Below the pieces are notes generated by a model that saw nothing but the letters and a program-made list of their open reading frames with translations, was not told the origin of the DNA and made no database searches. Shown here piece after piece: positions 29,868-39,587 of a stretch of 64,000 nt of DNA; the first letter of the stretch is position 1, and each line of letters opens with the position of its first letter. The DNA is from an uncultured delta proteobacterium. Lineage in GTDB: Bacteria; Myxococcota_A; Polyangia; Fen-1088. The position numbers were made by a program, and so were the translations under genes. Location of the stretch: positions 32,001 to 96,000 of the forward strand of contig CAWCMR010000015.1 in NCBI GenBank assembly GCA_963796685.1, written 5' to 3'.

Positions 29868-30971
29868 CTACTCTCCGTCGTCGTCTGGGGCCGCGTTCTC
29901 GTCGCCAAGGGCCACGCTGGCGTAGGCACTGGCGAACTCTTCGCCAAAGATCTCGGCATGCAGGGCGGCATCCTCGGCGAGCAAGTTGTTGAAGCTCTCC
30001 ACGTAGGCGCTCCATTTGGCCTTGGCCTTCGACCCCGACCACAGCCCCGCGCCCATCTTGAAATCCAGCACGTTGGGGTCGAGTCTGGCCAGCAGCACGC
30101 GAACGCTCTGTGAAATGCCTTCCATGAGCGCGACGTCGTGAATGCCCATGTCGGCGAACACGGCATTCAGGTCGCGGGCGCAGATTTCAGGATCGATCGA
30201 CGGATCCAGCAGGTACTCGACGATCTCCTGACTCGTGCGGGCGCGATGCAGGGGCGTGGTTCCGGACAGAGGACGCACGCCAACCTCGGAGCCGAACTGT
30301 TCGTAGCCCTTCTTGAGTCCCATGAAGGCGTCGCTGAACGCACCGATGATGCGCAGGCAGCGGATCAGGCGCTCGGTCGGCTGAGGGCTGCCCGGATCCG
30401 GAGCGGCCGGCTGCGACGGTGGTCGTGCCGGAGTTGGGGCTTGAACGAGGGGCGGGGAATACGATTGCGCGGAACCGGGTGCGTGGGTGGGCGGCCAAGG
30501 CGTTGGCGCGCGACCACCACCCACCGCCACGATCCGCGACGGGGAGCTGGGCGGGTGCGACGGCGCTTGCGGTGTCCCACCTGCCTGAATCACGTCGGTG
30601 CCACGGCCGGTCACGGAGATGGTCTCGACAGCGGAAGGCCTTTGCACGGTCGACGTCAGCATGCCGGGCACGCTTGGGGTGACGATGAGCTCGAACATCC
30701 AGATCGTGAAGCGCGTCGGCTGCAGGATGGGAATGGCGATGTTCTTTTGCAGCTTCTTGCCGTCGAGGCAAGTGCCGTTCGTCGATCCGAGATCGAAATA
30801 GTAGGTCCCCGTCTGGTCGAAGCGGATGATGCCGTGCCATCCCGAGACGAAGTTGCCCTCGAGGACCACGTTGTTGAGTGGGTTCCTGCCGATACGAACC
30901 GGCGATTGGTCGAATTCGTATGTCTTCTCGCTACCCGAGCGAGGATCCCGGAAGAGAATCTGGATGACCAT
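29868..30971 (-). CDS. tagH: T6SS FHA-domain protein (TagH/Fha-like)
   Basis: FHA motifs IGR, VSGWH and GSTNG; Pro-rich linker; TagH-like C-terminus (FADMGIHDVALM..IFGEEFASAY). Confidence 0.85.
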   Translation of the reverse strand: MVIQILFRDPRSGSEKTYEFDQSPVRIGRNPLNNVVLEGNFVSGWHGIIRFDQTGTYYFDLGSTNGTCLDGKKLQKNIAIPILQPTRFTIWMFELIVTPSVPGMLTSTVQRPSAVETISVTGRGTDVIQAGGTPQAPSHPPSSPSRIVAVGGGRAPTPWPPTHAPGSAQSYSPPLVQAPTPARPPSQPAAPDPGSPQPTERLIRCLRIIGAFSDAFMGLKKGYEQFGSEVGVRPLSGTTPLHRARTSQEIVEYLLDPSIDPEICARDLNAVFADMGIHDVALMEGISQSVRVLLARLDPNVLDFKMGAGLWSGSKAKAKWSAYVESFNNLLAEDAALHAEIFGEEFASAYASVALGDENAAPDDDGE

Positions 30972-31061
30972 GATGGCGCCCTAACGCAGGTTTCAACCAT
31001 AGCGCAGTCCTGGAAAACGTGCGAAAGAACCGACGCTCGGCCGACCGTGGTTGCTCGAGAG

Positions 31062-32153
31062 CTATCCGGTCGAGCGTCTGCGGAGAAGCAGCCAGGCTGC
31101 CACCACGAAAAGCGGGACGGCACCGTAGACGAGGTAGAACCAGCGAGAGGAAACAGGCCGGATCTGCCCCTTGGCCAGCCGGATCATTCCGCGATCTTCA
31201 GGGGTCACGGAGGTGCGCGTGTCGACTTTCAGATCCGTGTTTCCCAGTCTGCTTCCGCGGGCGGTGATCGACAGGTAGATCGGATACTCGCCTTCCGGGA
31301 TGGTGGGATCTCGGGTCATGGTCAACACCATGTCCGCATTCTGCCCTGACAAGAGCTCGGGGACGGCAACGGGCGTGACATCGATACCGCATGCCGGGCT
31401 GCGCGCGCTGAGCACCAAGTCGCGGATGGGTTGGCTGGAAACATTGGTCAGCGTCACGGGCATCTGACCGATGATTCCTCGCAACCTGCCCAGCATCACG
31501 CTGTGAATCGACAGTCCGGCCGGCTCGAGGGTTTCGATGCCAGCCGTTTCCATCGCCGTCCGGCCCCTGGGCGTGCGGATGCGCAGGTCGGCCATGTGGT
31601 CGATCAACGCTTTCGCAACCATCCCGTGACGAGCGGTGTGAAGGGGCGTGAACCCTTTCGACGTCAGCGCGTTCACGTTCGCACCGGACGAGGCGAGCAC
31701 GTTCACCACCTTTTCGTTGGCCGCCAGATGGATCGGCATCAACCCGGAGGCGTTCAAGCTGTCGGTTCTGGCACCCCGCCTCACGAGCAGCCCTGCCATC
31801 TCCGGGTGCGCCAACATGGCGGCGAAATGGAGAGGAGTCATGTCGCCCTCGGCGCGGGCGTTCGGATCTGCACCGCGGTCGAGCAGCATGCTCGCGGCGT
31901 CGAGGTACCCCTTCATGGCGGCGAGGTGCAGCGGCGTCATGCCTCGTCCATCGCGAGCGTCGACCGACTCGCCGGCGTCGAGCCTCTGCCGGATGGTCGT
32001 GAGGTCGTCCCGATCGATCGCGGAATGCAGCATGGTCGACATCGACCCTGCGTCGGCGCCGCCGGCATTGCACGGTGGGACAATGGTAGTTCCATGTAGG
32101 AGTGTACCCACGAGTACAGAAACAATTTTGAGAATTGAGGAGCTGGTTCGCAT
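31062..32153 (-). CDS. Exported ankyrin-repeat protein with beta-rich domain and C-terminal TM anchor
   Basis: Signal-like N-terminus; GMTPLHLAA, DMTPLHFAA and GFTPLH ankyrin repeats; ends in a hydrophobic helix followed by RRR. Confidence 0.85.
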   Translation of the reverse strand: MRTSSSILKIVSVLVGTLLHGTTIVPPCNAGGADAGSMSTMLHSAIDRDDLTTIRQRLDAGESVDARDGRGMTPLHLAAMKGYLDAASMLLDRGADPNARAEGDMTPLHFAAMLAHPEMAGLLVRRGARTDSLNASGLMPIHLAANEKVVNVLASSGANVNALTSKGFTPLHTARHGMVAKALIDHMADLRIRTPRGRTAMETAGIETLEPAGLSIHSVMLGRLRGIIGQMPVTLTNVSSQPIRDLVLSARSPACGIDVTPVAVPELLSGQNADMVLTMTRDPTIPEGEYPIYLSITARGSRLGNTDLKVDTRTSVTPEDRGMIRLAKGQIRPVSSRWFYLVYGAVPLFVVAAWLLLRRRSTG

Positions 32154-32301
32154 AATTGTGAGTTAAATTTGGTCGATTCGGCCCCCAAGGAAGGGGCCCA
32201 CCTCTAGGTGCCTTGGGCAGGTAGATTCGCAGGTCGCATATCGCTTGGGCATGGCTTTTGTTCTTCGTCGTTACCCGTGGTCGAAAAAGGGAGAAAACCA
32301 C

Positions 32302-34035
32302 ATGAGTCTTCGTAAAGGCAGTCTCTTCATCGGTTCCGCCCTGTCGCTCGTTTTGCTGTCTTCTCAAGCGCAGGCGCACTGGTGCGACGACCTGTGGGCT
32401 TCAAGTTACAACATCGTGGTCAAACCGGACAGCGATACCTCGCCGAAGAACATCTACGTCCAGAACAACATGGGGTATCAGTTGCCCAATTTCAAGCTGA
32501 CCGCCACGGGCAGCGGTGGCGCCATCACCTTGACCGCTCCCACGCTCAAGGTTCCCGGTACGCTCATGCCGGGCGAGAAGGGGACGTGGAAGATCGCGAG
32601 TGGCAGCCCGGCGAAGATCGAGGACGTCACCTTTTCCGTGTCTTTCGGAAACAGCGGCGAAAGCAAGTGCTACCCCACCAAGGGTGCGAATCCGGTGATG
32701 ATCGTGAAGACGGATGGTACCCTCTATCCGGCGGCGCCCCCCCCAGGTCTGGACAGCCCGGTCAACCCTGGCTGCACGGGCGACTTGGCCCAGGGGCGTT
32801 CGTTGCAGTACGAGGCGGTGGCAGACTTCGAGGACGTGAACGCCGGTCTCGACAGCTTGCTGAAGCTCTACTGCGCCGGCCGTGGCTCCTTCGGCAGCAC
32901 GGACGGTGTGACCATGAGCAACTGCAAGGACTCGTCGAGCACGTCTTGCCCCACGACCAAGCCGGCGGCCAAGACAGGCTCGAAGTACGACTACATGCAC
33001 CTTTGGGCCGCTGGCGAGCTTGCGGCCCGCAAGTCCGTCCTGGGCGCGCGTACCGCGGTCCTGCGCGCCAGGCTCCAGTGCGGCGTGAACGACGCCGACG
33101 TCGGGTTTGCCGGCTACGCCTTGTTCATGCTCGGCTATCTCGGCGACGACACGACGGCCAAAGCCTTCATCCAAACGCAAGTCAGCGCGGGCGGGGACAT
33201 GGGCACGATCGGCAAGGCTGCGCTCTATCTCATGGGCGATACCAGCCAGAAGGCGGACGTGCAAGCCGGGGCACAGACCTCGAGCAATTCCACTTTCGTG
33301 AAGGCGGCCTGTGCTGCTGCGCTGGGCATCGTCGACAAGGACGACGCCACGGTCAGCTCGGTGCTGATTCCTTTGGTCAAATGGAACGAGCCCGACTCGG
33401 CATCCGAAGATGGGCAAGGAATGTTTGCAGCGCACCTGCTGGGCCTGGTGGCCTGGGATCGGCGCAATTGGGCGCCCAACGGGGGAGACACCGGTCCGGT
33501 GTCCTTCTACGGCGACACGGCCCCAGCAACGGGCGGTAACGGCGGAGGCACCGGTGGTGTCACGAGCTCCGGCGGCGCGAGCGGAGCGGGAGGGGCGGGC
33601 GGCAACAAGGACGCCGGAGGGAGCGATGCGAAGCCGGCAAGCGGGGGGACTACGGGGAGGGGCGGTGTCGTCGGCGGCTCGGGCGGCGTGATCGGCAGTG
33701 GCGGTGGTGCGGGCTCCGGAGGCAAGGCAGGCTCAGGCGGCGCGGGCGGTGCAGGTGGAACGACGGGCGAAGGCGGAACGACCGACTCGGGCGGGACCAA
33801 CGCGGGCGGCAGCAGCGGCTCTGGAGGGACGCGGACGTCCTCCTCGGGCGGCACCTCTGGAGAAGGCGGATCCCCGGGCTTGGGAGGCGACACGGGGCCC
33901 GGCACGACCTCTGCCAACAGCGACTCCGCCGGATGCAAGTGCAACCTCGGCAGTCGTGGCCGGACGTCGCCCACCCTGTGCGTCCTGATGCTGGTGGGGC
34001 TGGCGTGGATCGCCGGGCGTCGACGCAGGCGATAG
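32302..34035 (+). CDS. MYXO-CTERM-anchored surface protein
   Basis: Signal peptide (AQA/H), Cys-rich body, Gly/Ser/Thr linker, terminal GCKC..LMLVGLAWIAGRRRRR. Confidence 0.85.
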   Translation: MSLRKGSLFIGSALSLVLLSSQAQAHWCDDLWASSYNIVVKPDSDTSPKNIYVQNNMGYQLPNFKLTATGSGGAITLTAPTLKVPGTLMPGEKGTWKIASGSPAKIEDVTFSVSFGNSGESKCYPTKGANPVMIVKTDGTLYPAAPPPGLDSPVNPGCTGDLAQGRSLQYEAVADFEDVNAGLDSLLKLYCAGRGSFGSTDGVTMSNCKDSSSTSCPTTKPAAKTGSKYDYMHLWAAGELAARKSVLGARTAVLRARLQCGVNDADVGFAGYALFMLGYLGDDTTAKAFIQTQVSAGGDMGTIGKAALYLMGDTSQKADVQAGAQTSSNSTFVKAACAAALGIVDKDDATVSSVLIPLVKWNEPDSASEDGQGMFAAHLLGLVAWDRRNWAPNGGDTGPVSFYGDTAPATGGNGGGTGGVTSSGGASGAGGAGGNKDAGGSDAKPASGGTTGRGGVVGGSGGVIGSGGGAGSGGKAGSGGAGGAGGTTGEGGTTDSGGTNAGGSSGSGGTRTSSSGGTSGEGGSPGLGGDTGPGTTSANSDSAGCKCNLGSRGRTSPTLCVLMLVGLAWIAGRRRRR

Positions 34036-34153
34036 CCACAGCCAACGAGGCCGTCGCGGCGTCGTCGTTCCCGGGCCATCCGGCGTTTTCCTTTCGGCAG
34101 ATCTTGACTTGTGCCCCGGCGGCGCGGCATACATTCGCCCTCACTAAGTAACT

Positions 34154-34227
34154 GCGCCCGTAGCTCAACTGGATAGAGCACCGGCCTACGAAGCCGGGGG
34201 TTACATGTTCGAGTCATGTCGGGCGCG
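34154..34227 (+). tRNA. tRNA-Arg(ACG), CCA not encoded
   Basis: Acceptor GCGCCCG/CGGGCGC, D arm GCTC..GAGC, anticodon arm CCGGC-CTACGAA-GCCGG, T loop GTTCGAG. Confidence 0.96.
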
Positions 34228-34448
34228 CAGAGTCCGGGTCCTCGTGCGGTTGAATTGTAAGGTGGACGGGTGTTGGAGCACTAGTAGGACGTGCCATCGC
34301 GCCGTATGACGCCTGAAGTCTTTCGGTTTGTCATGTCGAGTGACGGCGGACGGCGGATTTCGCCCCCTACACACGACATGACTGTGCCATTTCCGTCGCG
34401 GTCCTCATGCAAGATTCGACGAGCTCGACGTGATTTCGCCATGTTGCG

Positions 34449-34465
34449 TTGGCACCAAGGTTGCT
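34449..34465 (+). promoter_or_regulatory. Sigma54 (-24/-12) promoter of the Crp/Fnr gene
   Basis: TTGGCAC-CAAGG-TTGCT matches TGGCAC-N5-TTGC; AGGAGG RBS and ATG follow. Confidence 0.8.
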
Positions 34466-34492
34466 TAACAGATGCCTGAACAGGAGGATTTC

Positions 34493-35248
34493 ATGAATGC
34501 CATCGCTTCACTTCGCACCGACAGTGCAGCCGGGCTGCAGCGTGACATCAGTTTTCATCCCGCGCTGAGCGCCCTCCGCAACTCGGCCTGGTTTGGCGCT
34601 TTCCCGCAGAATGCGCTCACGTCCCTTTCCATGAGCGCCTCGTTGTCGTCGTACAGTGCCAGGCAACAGGTTCTCCTCGAGGGACGCTGGCTCGGCGCCG
34701 CGGTCCTGGTAGTCAAGGGCAGCCTTCGTGCAGTGCGAAGGACGGACAACGCACGCGAGCTGACGCTGGAGACATTTCGGCCTGGCGATCTCATTGCCGA
34801 TGCGGTTCTCTTTCCTGACAGCTCGGTCCCTGGGGATGGGCTGATCGCGGCCGAGACCAGCCTTCTGCTTTTCATTCCCCGCGATGAATTTCTGACGGCA
34901 TTGTCCAGCGTTCCCCAAGCCTCGATATCGCTCATTCGGGATCTGGAGCGGCGGCTCAATCGGGTGAAGCTCTTGGCCTCCGGGCTCGCCACAGCGGATG
35001 TCGAAAGCCGCCTCTATCGCTTGCTCTACAACTTGGCCCGCGACGAGGGCCAGTCGGCTGCGGAAGGGACGGTCATCCCGCGCTCGCCAACGCAACAGGA
35101 TTTGGCCAGCCGAATCGGTGCGTGCCGGGAAACCGTTTCCAGAATCGTGGCCGACCTGGCTCGACAGCAAGTCCTCTCGCTGGAGGGGCGCAAGCTGACG
35201 CTCGCCCCACGGTTCTTCGAGCTCGCCAAGTCCGCCGGGATTTCTTGA
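34493..35248 (+). CDS. Crp/Fnr-family transcriptional regulator
   Basis: cNMP-binding-like barrel and HTH TQQDLASRIGACRETVSR. Confidence 0.9.
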   Translation: MNAIASLRTDSAAGLQRDISFHPALSALRNSAWFGAFPQNALTSLSMSASLSSYSARQQVLLEGRWLGAAVLVVKGSLRAVRRTDNARELTLETFRPGDLIADAVLFPDSSVPGDGLIAAETSLLLFIPRDEFLTALSSVPQASISLIRDLERRLNRVKLLASGLATADVESRLYRLLYNLARDEGQSAAEGTVIPRSPTQQDLASRIGACRETVSRIVADLARQQVLSLEGRKLTLAPRFFELAKSAGIS

Positions 35249-35538
35249 CCGCTCCCTCCTCGCATCTTCGTCCTCTGTTCGAGAATGGAGGGGGGAATTC
35301 GGGCAAAATTGACCCACCGCTCTGCGGGGGTGAGAATCCGCCAAGCCTTGAAGCCTCTACGATCTGATTTGCCTCCCGGCCGGGTTGGGCCGTCCTTTGG
35401 AAACAGGCCGACCTCTGGTTGCGGGCCGTCGGACGTGGTAGCACGGTTGCATCTTGAACCTTGGCATGGCTTCCGCACTCGCAACATGGCGCTCGATCGG
35501 GTTTCGAACATGAAGGTGGTCGAATCAAGGCGCACGCC

Positions 35539-36405
35539 ATGACCGACCCCGCGGCGACACCAGCGGATGAGGGCGCGAGGCCAGGCCTGGCGCAGGGGAA
35601 AAGGTTTCATCCCCTTGCCATCGTCGGGCGCGCCCTTTCTCCCCTGCCTGGGGCCGTGGCAGTCTTCGGTGAGCACATCCTGCTGCTCGGGCGCGCCTTG
35701 GTCTGGCTGTTCAGGCGTCCTCTGCGCCTGCGGCTCTTTTTCGAGCAGATGGAATTCGTCGGGGTGGGCTCGCTACCGATCATCATGTTGGTCGGGTTCT
35801 TCACCGGCGCGGTCACCTCCGTCCAGGCCATCCTGGCGCTCTCGCTCTTCGATCAGCAGCGCTACGTTGGTTTCGGCGTAGGCGTGTCCTTGGCACGCGA
35901 GCTGGCACCTGTCTTCACCGCCCTCATGATCACCGCTCGTGCGGGGTCGGGCATGGCCACCGAGCTTGCCTCCATGCGCATCACGGAGCAGGTGGATGCC
36001 CTTACCACGTTCGCGGTCAATCCCGTGCAGTACCTCGTCACCCCTCGCCTGGTGGCTTCGTGCCTGATGCTGCCGGTGATGACCATGGTTTTCAACGTGG
36101 TGGGGCTCATCGGGACCTACGTGGTGGCCATCATTTCGTACCAGATCGACTTTGGCCAAGTCCTGGAGCTCTTCCGTCGCGGCGTGGATCCCATCGACTA
36201 CAAGGAAGGGTTGGTCAAGGCGTTCTTCTTCGGCTTGACGATGGCGACGTGTTCCTGCTACCAGGGCCTGAACGTTCGTGGCGGAGCCAAGGAAGTCGGG
36301 CTTGCGACGACGCGCGCCGTGGTTTCGACATCCGTAACGGTTCTGGTCCTAGACTACTTCTTGATTCAAATCATGAACGTCCTTTACCCCTACGGCGGCC
36401 TCTAG
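35539..36405 (+). CDS. mlaE: MlaE-family ABC permease
   Basis: RELAPVFTALMITARAGS..ELASMRITEQVDAL, VGLATTRAVV. Confidence 0.93.
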   Translation: MTDPAATPADEGARPGLAQGKRFHPLAIVGRALSPLPGAVAVFGEHILLLGRALVWLFRRPLRLRLFFEQMEFVGVGSLPIIMLVGFFTGAVTSVQAILALSLFDQQRYVGFGVGVSLARELAPVFTALMITARAGSGMATELASMRITEQVDALTTFAVNPVQYLVTPRLVASCLMLPVMTMVFNVVGLIGTYVVAIISYQIDFGQVLELFRRGVDPIDYKEGLVKAFFFGLTMATCSCYQGLNVRGGAKEVGLATTRAVVSTSVTVLVLDYFLIQIMNVLYPYGGL

Positions 36406-37203
36406 ATGGCAGACGACCTGCGAAGCCGCGATGAACGATGGCAGATCCGGATTCGCGATCTGCACAAGTCCTTCGGGAAACAGCACGTCCTGCGTGGTGT
36501 GAACCTCGACATCGAGCGTGGCAAAATCAATATCATCATCGGAGGATCGGGGCAGGGCAAGTCGGTGTTCATGAAGCACCTCATGGGCCTCCTCGCTCCG
36601 GATCGCGGACATATCTTCGTCGACGGCCAGGACATCATCGGTCTGGGTGACGTGGCGATCGCCAAGATTCAACGCAAGTTTGGCATGGTGTTTCAGTACG
36701 CCGCCCTCTTCGACTCGCTGAATGTCGTCGAGAACATCGCCTTTCCGCTCCTCGAGCGTTACCGCCTGCCCAGGGCGGAGGTCATGGAACGGGTACGCGG
36801 CCTGCTCGCACGTCTCGACTTGGCGAAAACTGCCGGCATCGAACAGAAGTTCCCCGCGGAGCTTTCTGGTGGTATGCGAAAGCGTGTGGGGCTGGCGCGA
36901 GCACTCATCGACCGGCCGGAGATTCTGCTCTACGATGAGCCCACAACCGGGCTCGACCCCATCGCAACCAAGAATGTCGACGAAATGATCAGGCGTACAG
37001 CGGACGAATTCGGCGTTACCTCGGTCGTCATTTCGCATGATATGGCCTCGACCTTTCGCATCGCCGATCGCGTGGCCATGCTCTACGATGGCGTCATCGT
37101 CGCCAACGGGACGCGCGAGGAAATCACGGCTGCGCCGAACCCGGTGCTGAGGGAATTCGTGGAGCCTTCCGGCGCGGTGCACTTCGGCGGGGGCCCATCG
37201 TGA
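36406..37203 (+). CDS. mlaF: MlaF-family ABC ATPase
   Basis: GGSGQGKS, LSGGMRKRVGLARA, YDEPTTGLDP. Confidence 0.93.
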   Translation: MADDLRSRDERWQIRIRDLHKSFGKQHVLRGVNLDIERGKINIIIGGSGQGKSVFMKHLMGLLAPDRGHIFVDGQDIIGLGDVAIAKIQRKFGMVFQYAALFDSLNVVENIAFPLLERYRLPRAEVMERVRGLLARLDLAKTAGIEQKFPAELSGGMRKRVGLARALIDRPEILLYDEPTTGLDPIATKNVDEMIRRTADEFGVTSVVISHDMASTFRIADRVAMLYDGVIVANGTREEITAAPNPVLREFVEPSGAVHFGGGPS

Positions 37204-38723
37204 GGCGAAGCCTGGCCGCCCTGACCGTAGGCGCTCTCACCATCGTCATGTTGGCTGCGAGCTACTTGCTTTTCCAGTACACGTCCGAGCGTATGTCGGG
37301 CGGCAAGGGCTATCGTGTTTATGCCTTGTTTCACAACGCGCTCGGCATCTACGAGAAAACCCGGGTGCTGTCCGCGGGGCTGCGTGTGGGGCAGGTCGAG
37401 GAGAGGGTCCTCGATCAGGAGACCGGCAAGGCCAAGGTCTTCCTGCGCATCGATCCGCAGATCCTCCTGTACGCAAACGCGTCCATCGGCAAGAAATCGG
37501 CCTCGCTGCTTGGCGAGTACTACCTCGAAATCGATCCCGGGACGCCGTTCGTGATGCGTGACGGAAAGAAGGTCGAGGTCCCGCGCCTCAAGGACGGGGA
37601 TCGCATCCAAAACGTGACCGAGCCCGCCGACATGGGTGAAATCATGGATTCCGTCGCCACGATCCTGCCGGTGCTCAAGTCGATCCTGGAGGACGTCAAG
37701 GGGCTGACCGCAGGTCCCATCAAGGACCTGGCGAACAACACCAACGAGATGATCGAGAAGAACTCGGTGATCGTCGAGCGATTGCTCGGGCGCATGGACG
37801 AGATCGCGGCCACGGTCGAGGGCATCACCAAGTCCGAGGCGGACGACGTGAAGGTGGCCATCCACAATGTTCGCGAGATTACAGAAGGAATCAAGGGCCT
37901 GGTAGGCACGACCCAGGGCCAGGTGTCTGGTGCGGGCGAGGAATTGCGCTCGAACTTGCAGAAGTTGCAGCACAGCGTGGACAGCCTGGACAAATCCCTC
38001 GATCACGTCGAGAAAATCACGGGCAAGATCGCCGACGGCGAAGGGACGGTCGGGCACCTCGTCAACGACGACACCGTGGGCAAGAACCTCGACAGCATCA
38101 CCGACGACGTCAGCAGCATTACGCACGGGATCGCTCGCTTGCAGACCATCGTGGGCATGCGTACCGAGTACAACTACCTTGCGAGCACCTTCAAGAACTA
38201 CCTGGCCGTGACCCTGATGCCGCATCCGGATAAGTTCTATCTGATTGAGATTGTCGACGATCCGCGCGGGTATCGTACCAAGTCGAGCGTGCAGTCCGAT
38301 AGCTCCCTGACCGGCCAATCCTCGGTAACCACGATTACGACCACCGAGCAACTTCGTCTGACGTTTCAGCTCGGCAAGCGGCTTGGTCCGGTGGCCTTCC
38401 GTTTCGGAATCAAAGAATCCACCGGTGGGGTCGGCGCGGATCTCTATCTCTTCGACGATCGACTGATGCTGAGCACGGACATCTTCGACATGCGTTCCAA
38501 CCAGTATCCCCGGCTCGCCGGGCGGGCCTATCTCGCCGTATACAAGCGCATGATCTACATCCTCGGCGGCGTGGACGATGTCTTCAACAACGTGAAGACT
38601 CAGGGGCTCGCAGGGGGGACGCTCGACTGGTTTCTGGGAGCTCAGCTCGTCTTCAACGACGAAGATCTCAAGTCGCTGCTTCTTTTCGGTGGTGGCAGCG
38701 CGGCCTCGTCCGCCAGCAAGTAG
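37200..38723 (+). CDS. mlaD: MlaD/MCE protein with coiled coil and beta-rich C-terminus
   Basis: N-terminal TM, MCE motifs (AGLRVGQV, SLLGEYYLEIDPG), GEGTVGHLVND. Confidence 0.88.
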   Translation: MRRSLAALTVGALTIVMLAASYLLFQYTSERMSGGKGYRVYALFHNALGIYEKTRVLSAGLRVGQVEERVLDQETGKAKVFLRIDPQILLYANASIGKKSASLLGEYYLEIDPGTPFVMRDGKKVEVPRLKDGDRIQNVTEPADMGEIMDSVATILPVLKSILEDVKGLTAGPIKDLANNTNEMIEKNSVIVERLLGRMDEIAATVEGITKSEADDVKVAIHNVREITEGIKGLVGTTQGQVSGAGEELRSNLQKLQHSVDSLDKSLDHVEKITGKIADGEGTVGHLVNDDTVGKNLDSITDDVSSITHGIARLQTIVGMRTEYNYLASTFKNYLAVTLMPHPDKFYLIEIVDDPRGYRTKSSVQSDSSLTGQSSVTTITTTEQLRLTFQLGKRLGPVAFRFGIKESTGGVGADLYLFDDRLMLSTDIFDMRSNQYPRLAGRAYLAVYKRMIYILGGVDDVFNNVKTQGLAGGTLDWFLGAQLVFNDEDLKSLLLFGGGSAASSASK

Positions 38724-38724
38724 C

Positions 38725-38752
38725 TTGACGCGAGACCGGCGAACCCTATAGT
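38725..38752 (+). promoter_or_regulatory. Sigma70-type promoter of the yceD-rpmF-fab operon
   Basis: TTGACG-N16-TATAGT. Confidence 0.55.
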
Positions 38753-38792
38753 TACGGGCTCCCCGTTCCATCAAACGAGACCGGGTTAGGCC

Positions 38793-39314
38793 ATGCGGTA
38801 CAAAATCAAAGATATCGGCGAGGGGGGAATCGACCTGCGCGTGGCGGTCACCGAGGCATGGTTGGCTGCGGCGTGTCCGGACGCATCCTTGGGGCTTTCC
38901 GAAGCCGGCGCCCGCTTTGAAGGGCGGCTCGAGCCCGCGGGCGACGGCTACCTCTTGCGTGGGACCTTGCGCGGTGAAATGAGGGTTCCCTGCGCGCGCT
39001 GTCTCGAGCCCGCGCCCGTGACCATCGACGCTCCCATGACCGTTAGCTTCGTCGAACGAGAGCAACCCGCCGAAGGCGAGGAAGCTGACTCCGAGGACGA
39101 GGTCGTCTCGTTCGAGCACGGCGTAATCGACCTGGGGCCACCCATCCGCGACGAAATTCTTCTGGCGGTGCCCATGACCGCGACTTGCCGACCCGATTGC
39201 GCGGGGATTTGTCCGGTCTGCGGGCGCAATCGCAATTTGACGCCTTGTGACTGCGAAAAGCAGGCGCTTGCGACAAGCAAGCTCGGGGCGCTGGCAAAAA
39301 TCAAGCTTCAGTAG
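38793..39314 (+). CDS. yceD: DUF177/YceD protein
   Basis: CARCL and CRPDCAGICPVCG motifs; upstream of rpmF. Confidence 0.9.
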   Translation: MRYKIKDIGEGGIDLRVAVTEAWLAAACPDASLGLSEAGARFEGRLEPAGDGYLLRGTLRGEMRVPCARCLEPAPVTIDAPMTVSFVEREQPAEGEEADSEDEVVSFEHGVIDLGPPIRDEILLAVPMTATCRPDCAGICPVCGRNRNLTPCDCEKQALATSKLGALAKIKLQ

Positions 39315-39392
39315 TAACAACACAGCCACCTATGCGATGACTCTAGCCCCGCGCGATGCGGGGATTTTTCTCGAACCAGCAAAGAGGCGAAA

Positions 39393-39587
39393 ATGGCAGT
39401 TCCCAAGAGACGTCAATCCAAATCCCGCTCGGCGATTCGCCGGGCTCAGGTCATGAAGCAGCCCGTGCCGCACTTCATGCCTTGTCCGCGTTGTGGCGAA
39501 CCGAGACTCTCGCACCGCGTGTGCTCGGCCTGCGGCTACTACCGAGACCGCCTGGTGGTGGAGAAGAGCGAAGAGGAGAGCTCCTGA
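39393..39587 (+). CDS. rpmF: 50S ribosomal protein L32
   Basis: MAVPKRRQSKSR..CPRCG..HRVCSACGYY. Confidence 0.97.
   Translation: MAVPKRRQSKSRSAIRRAQVMKQPVPHFMPCPRCGEPRLSHRVCSACGYYRDRLVVEKSEEESS

Noticed and set aside
34154-34300. tRNA-Arg as the integration site of a T6SS island
   Set aside because: The T6SS lies on the tRNA 5' side; I saw no integrase and no duplicated tRNA 3' end.
37083-39329. Long antisense ORFs (also 49019-50749, 55122-57125, 3844-5442 and others)
   Set aside because: These are shadow frames of GC3-biased genes on the opposite strand.
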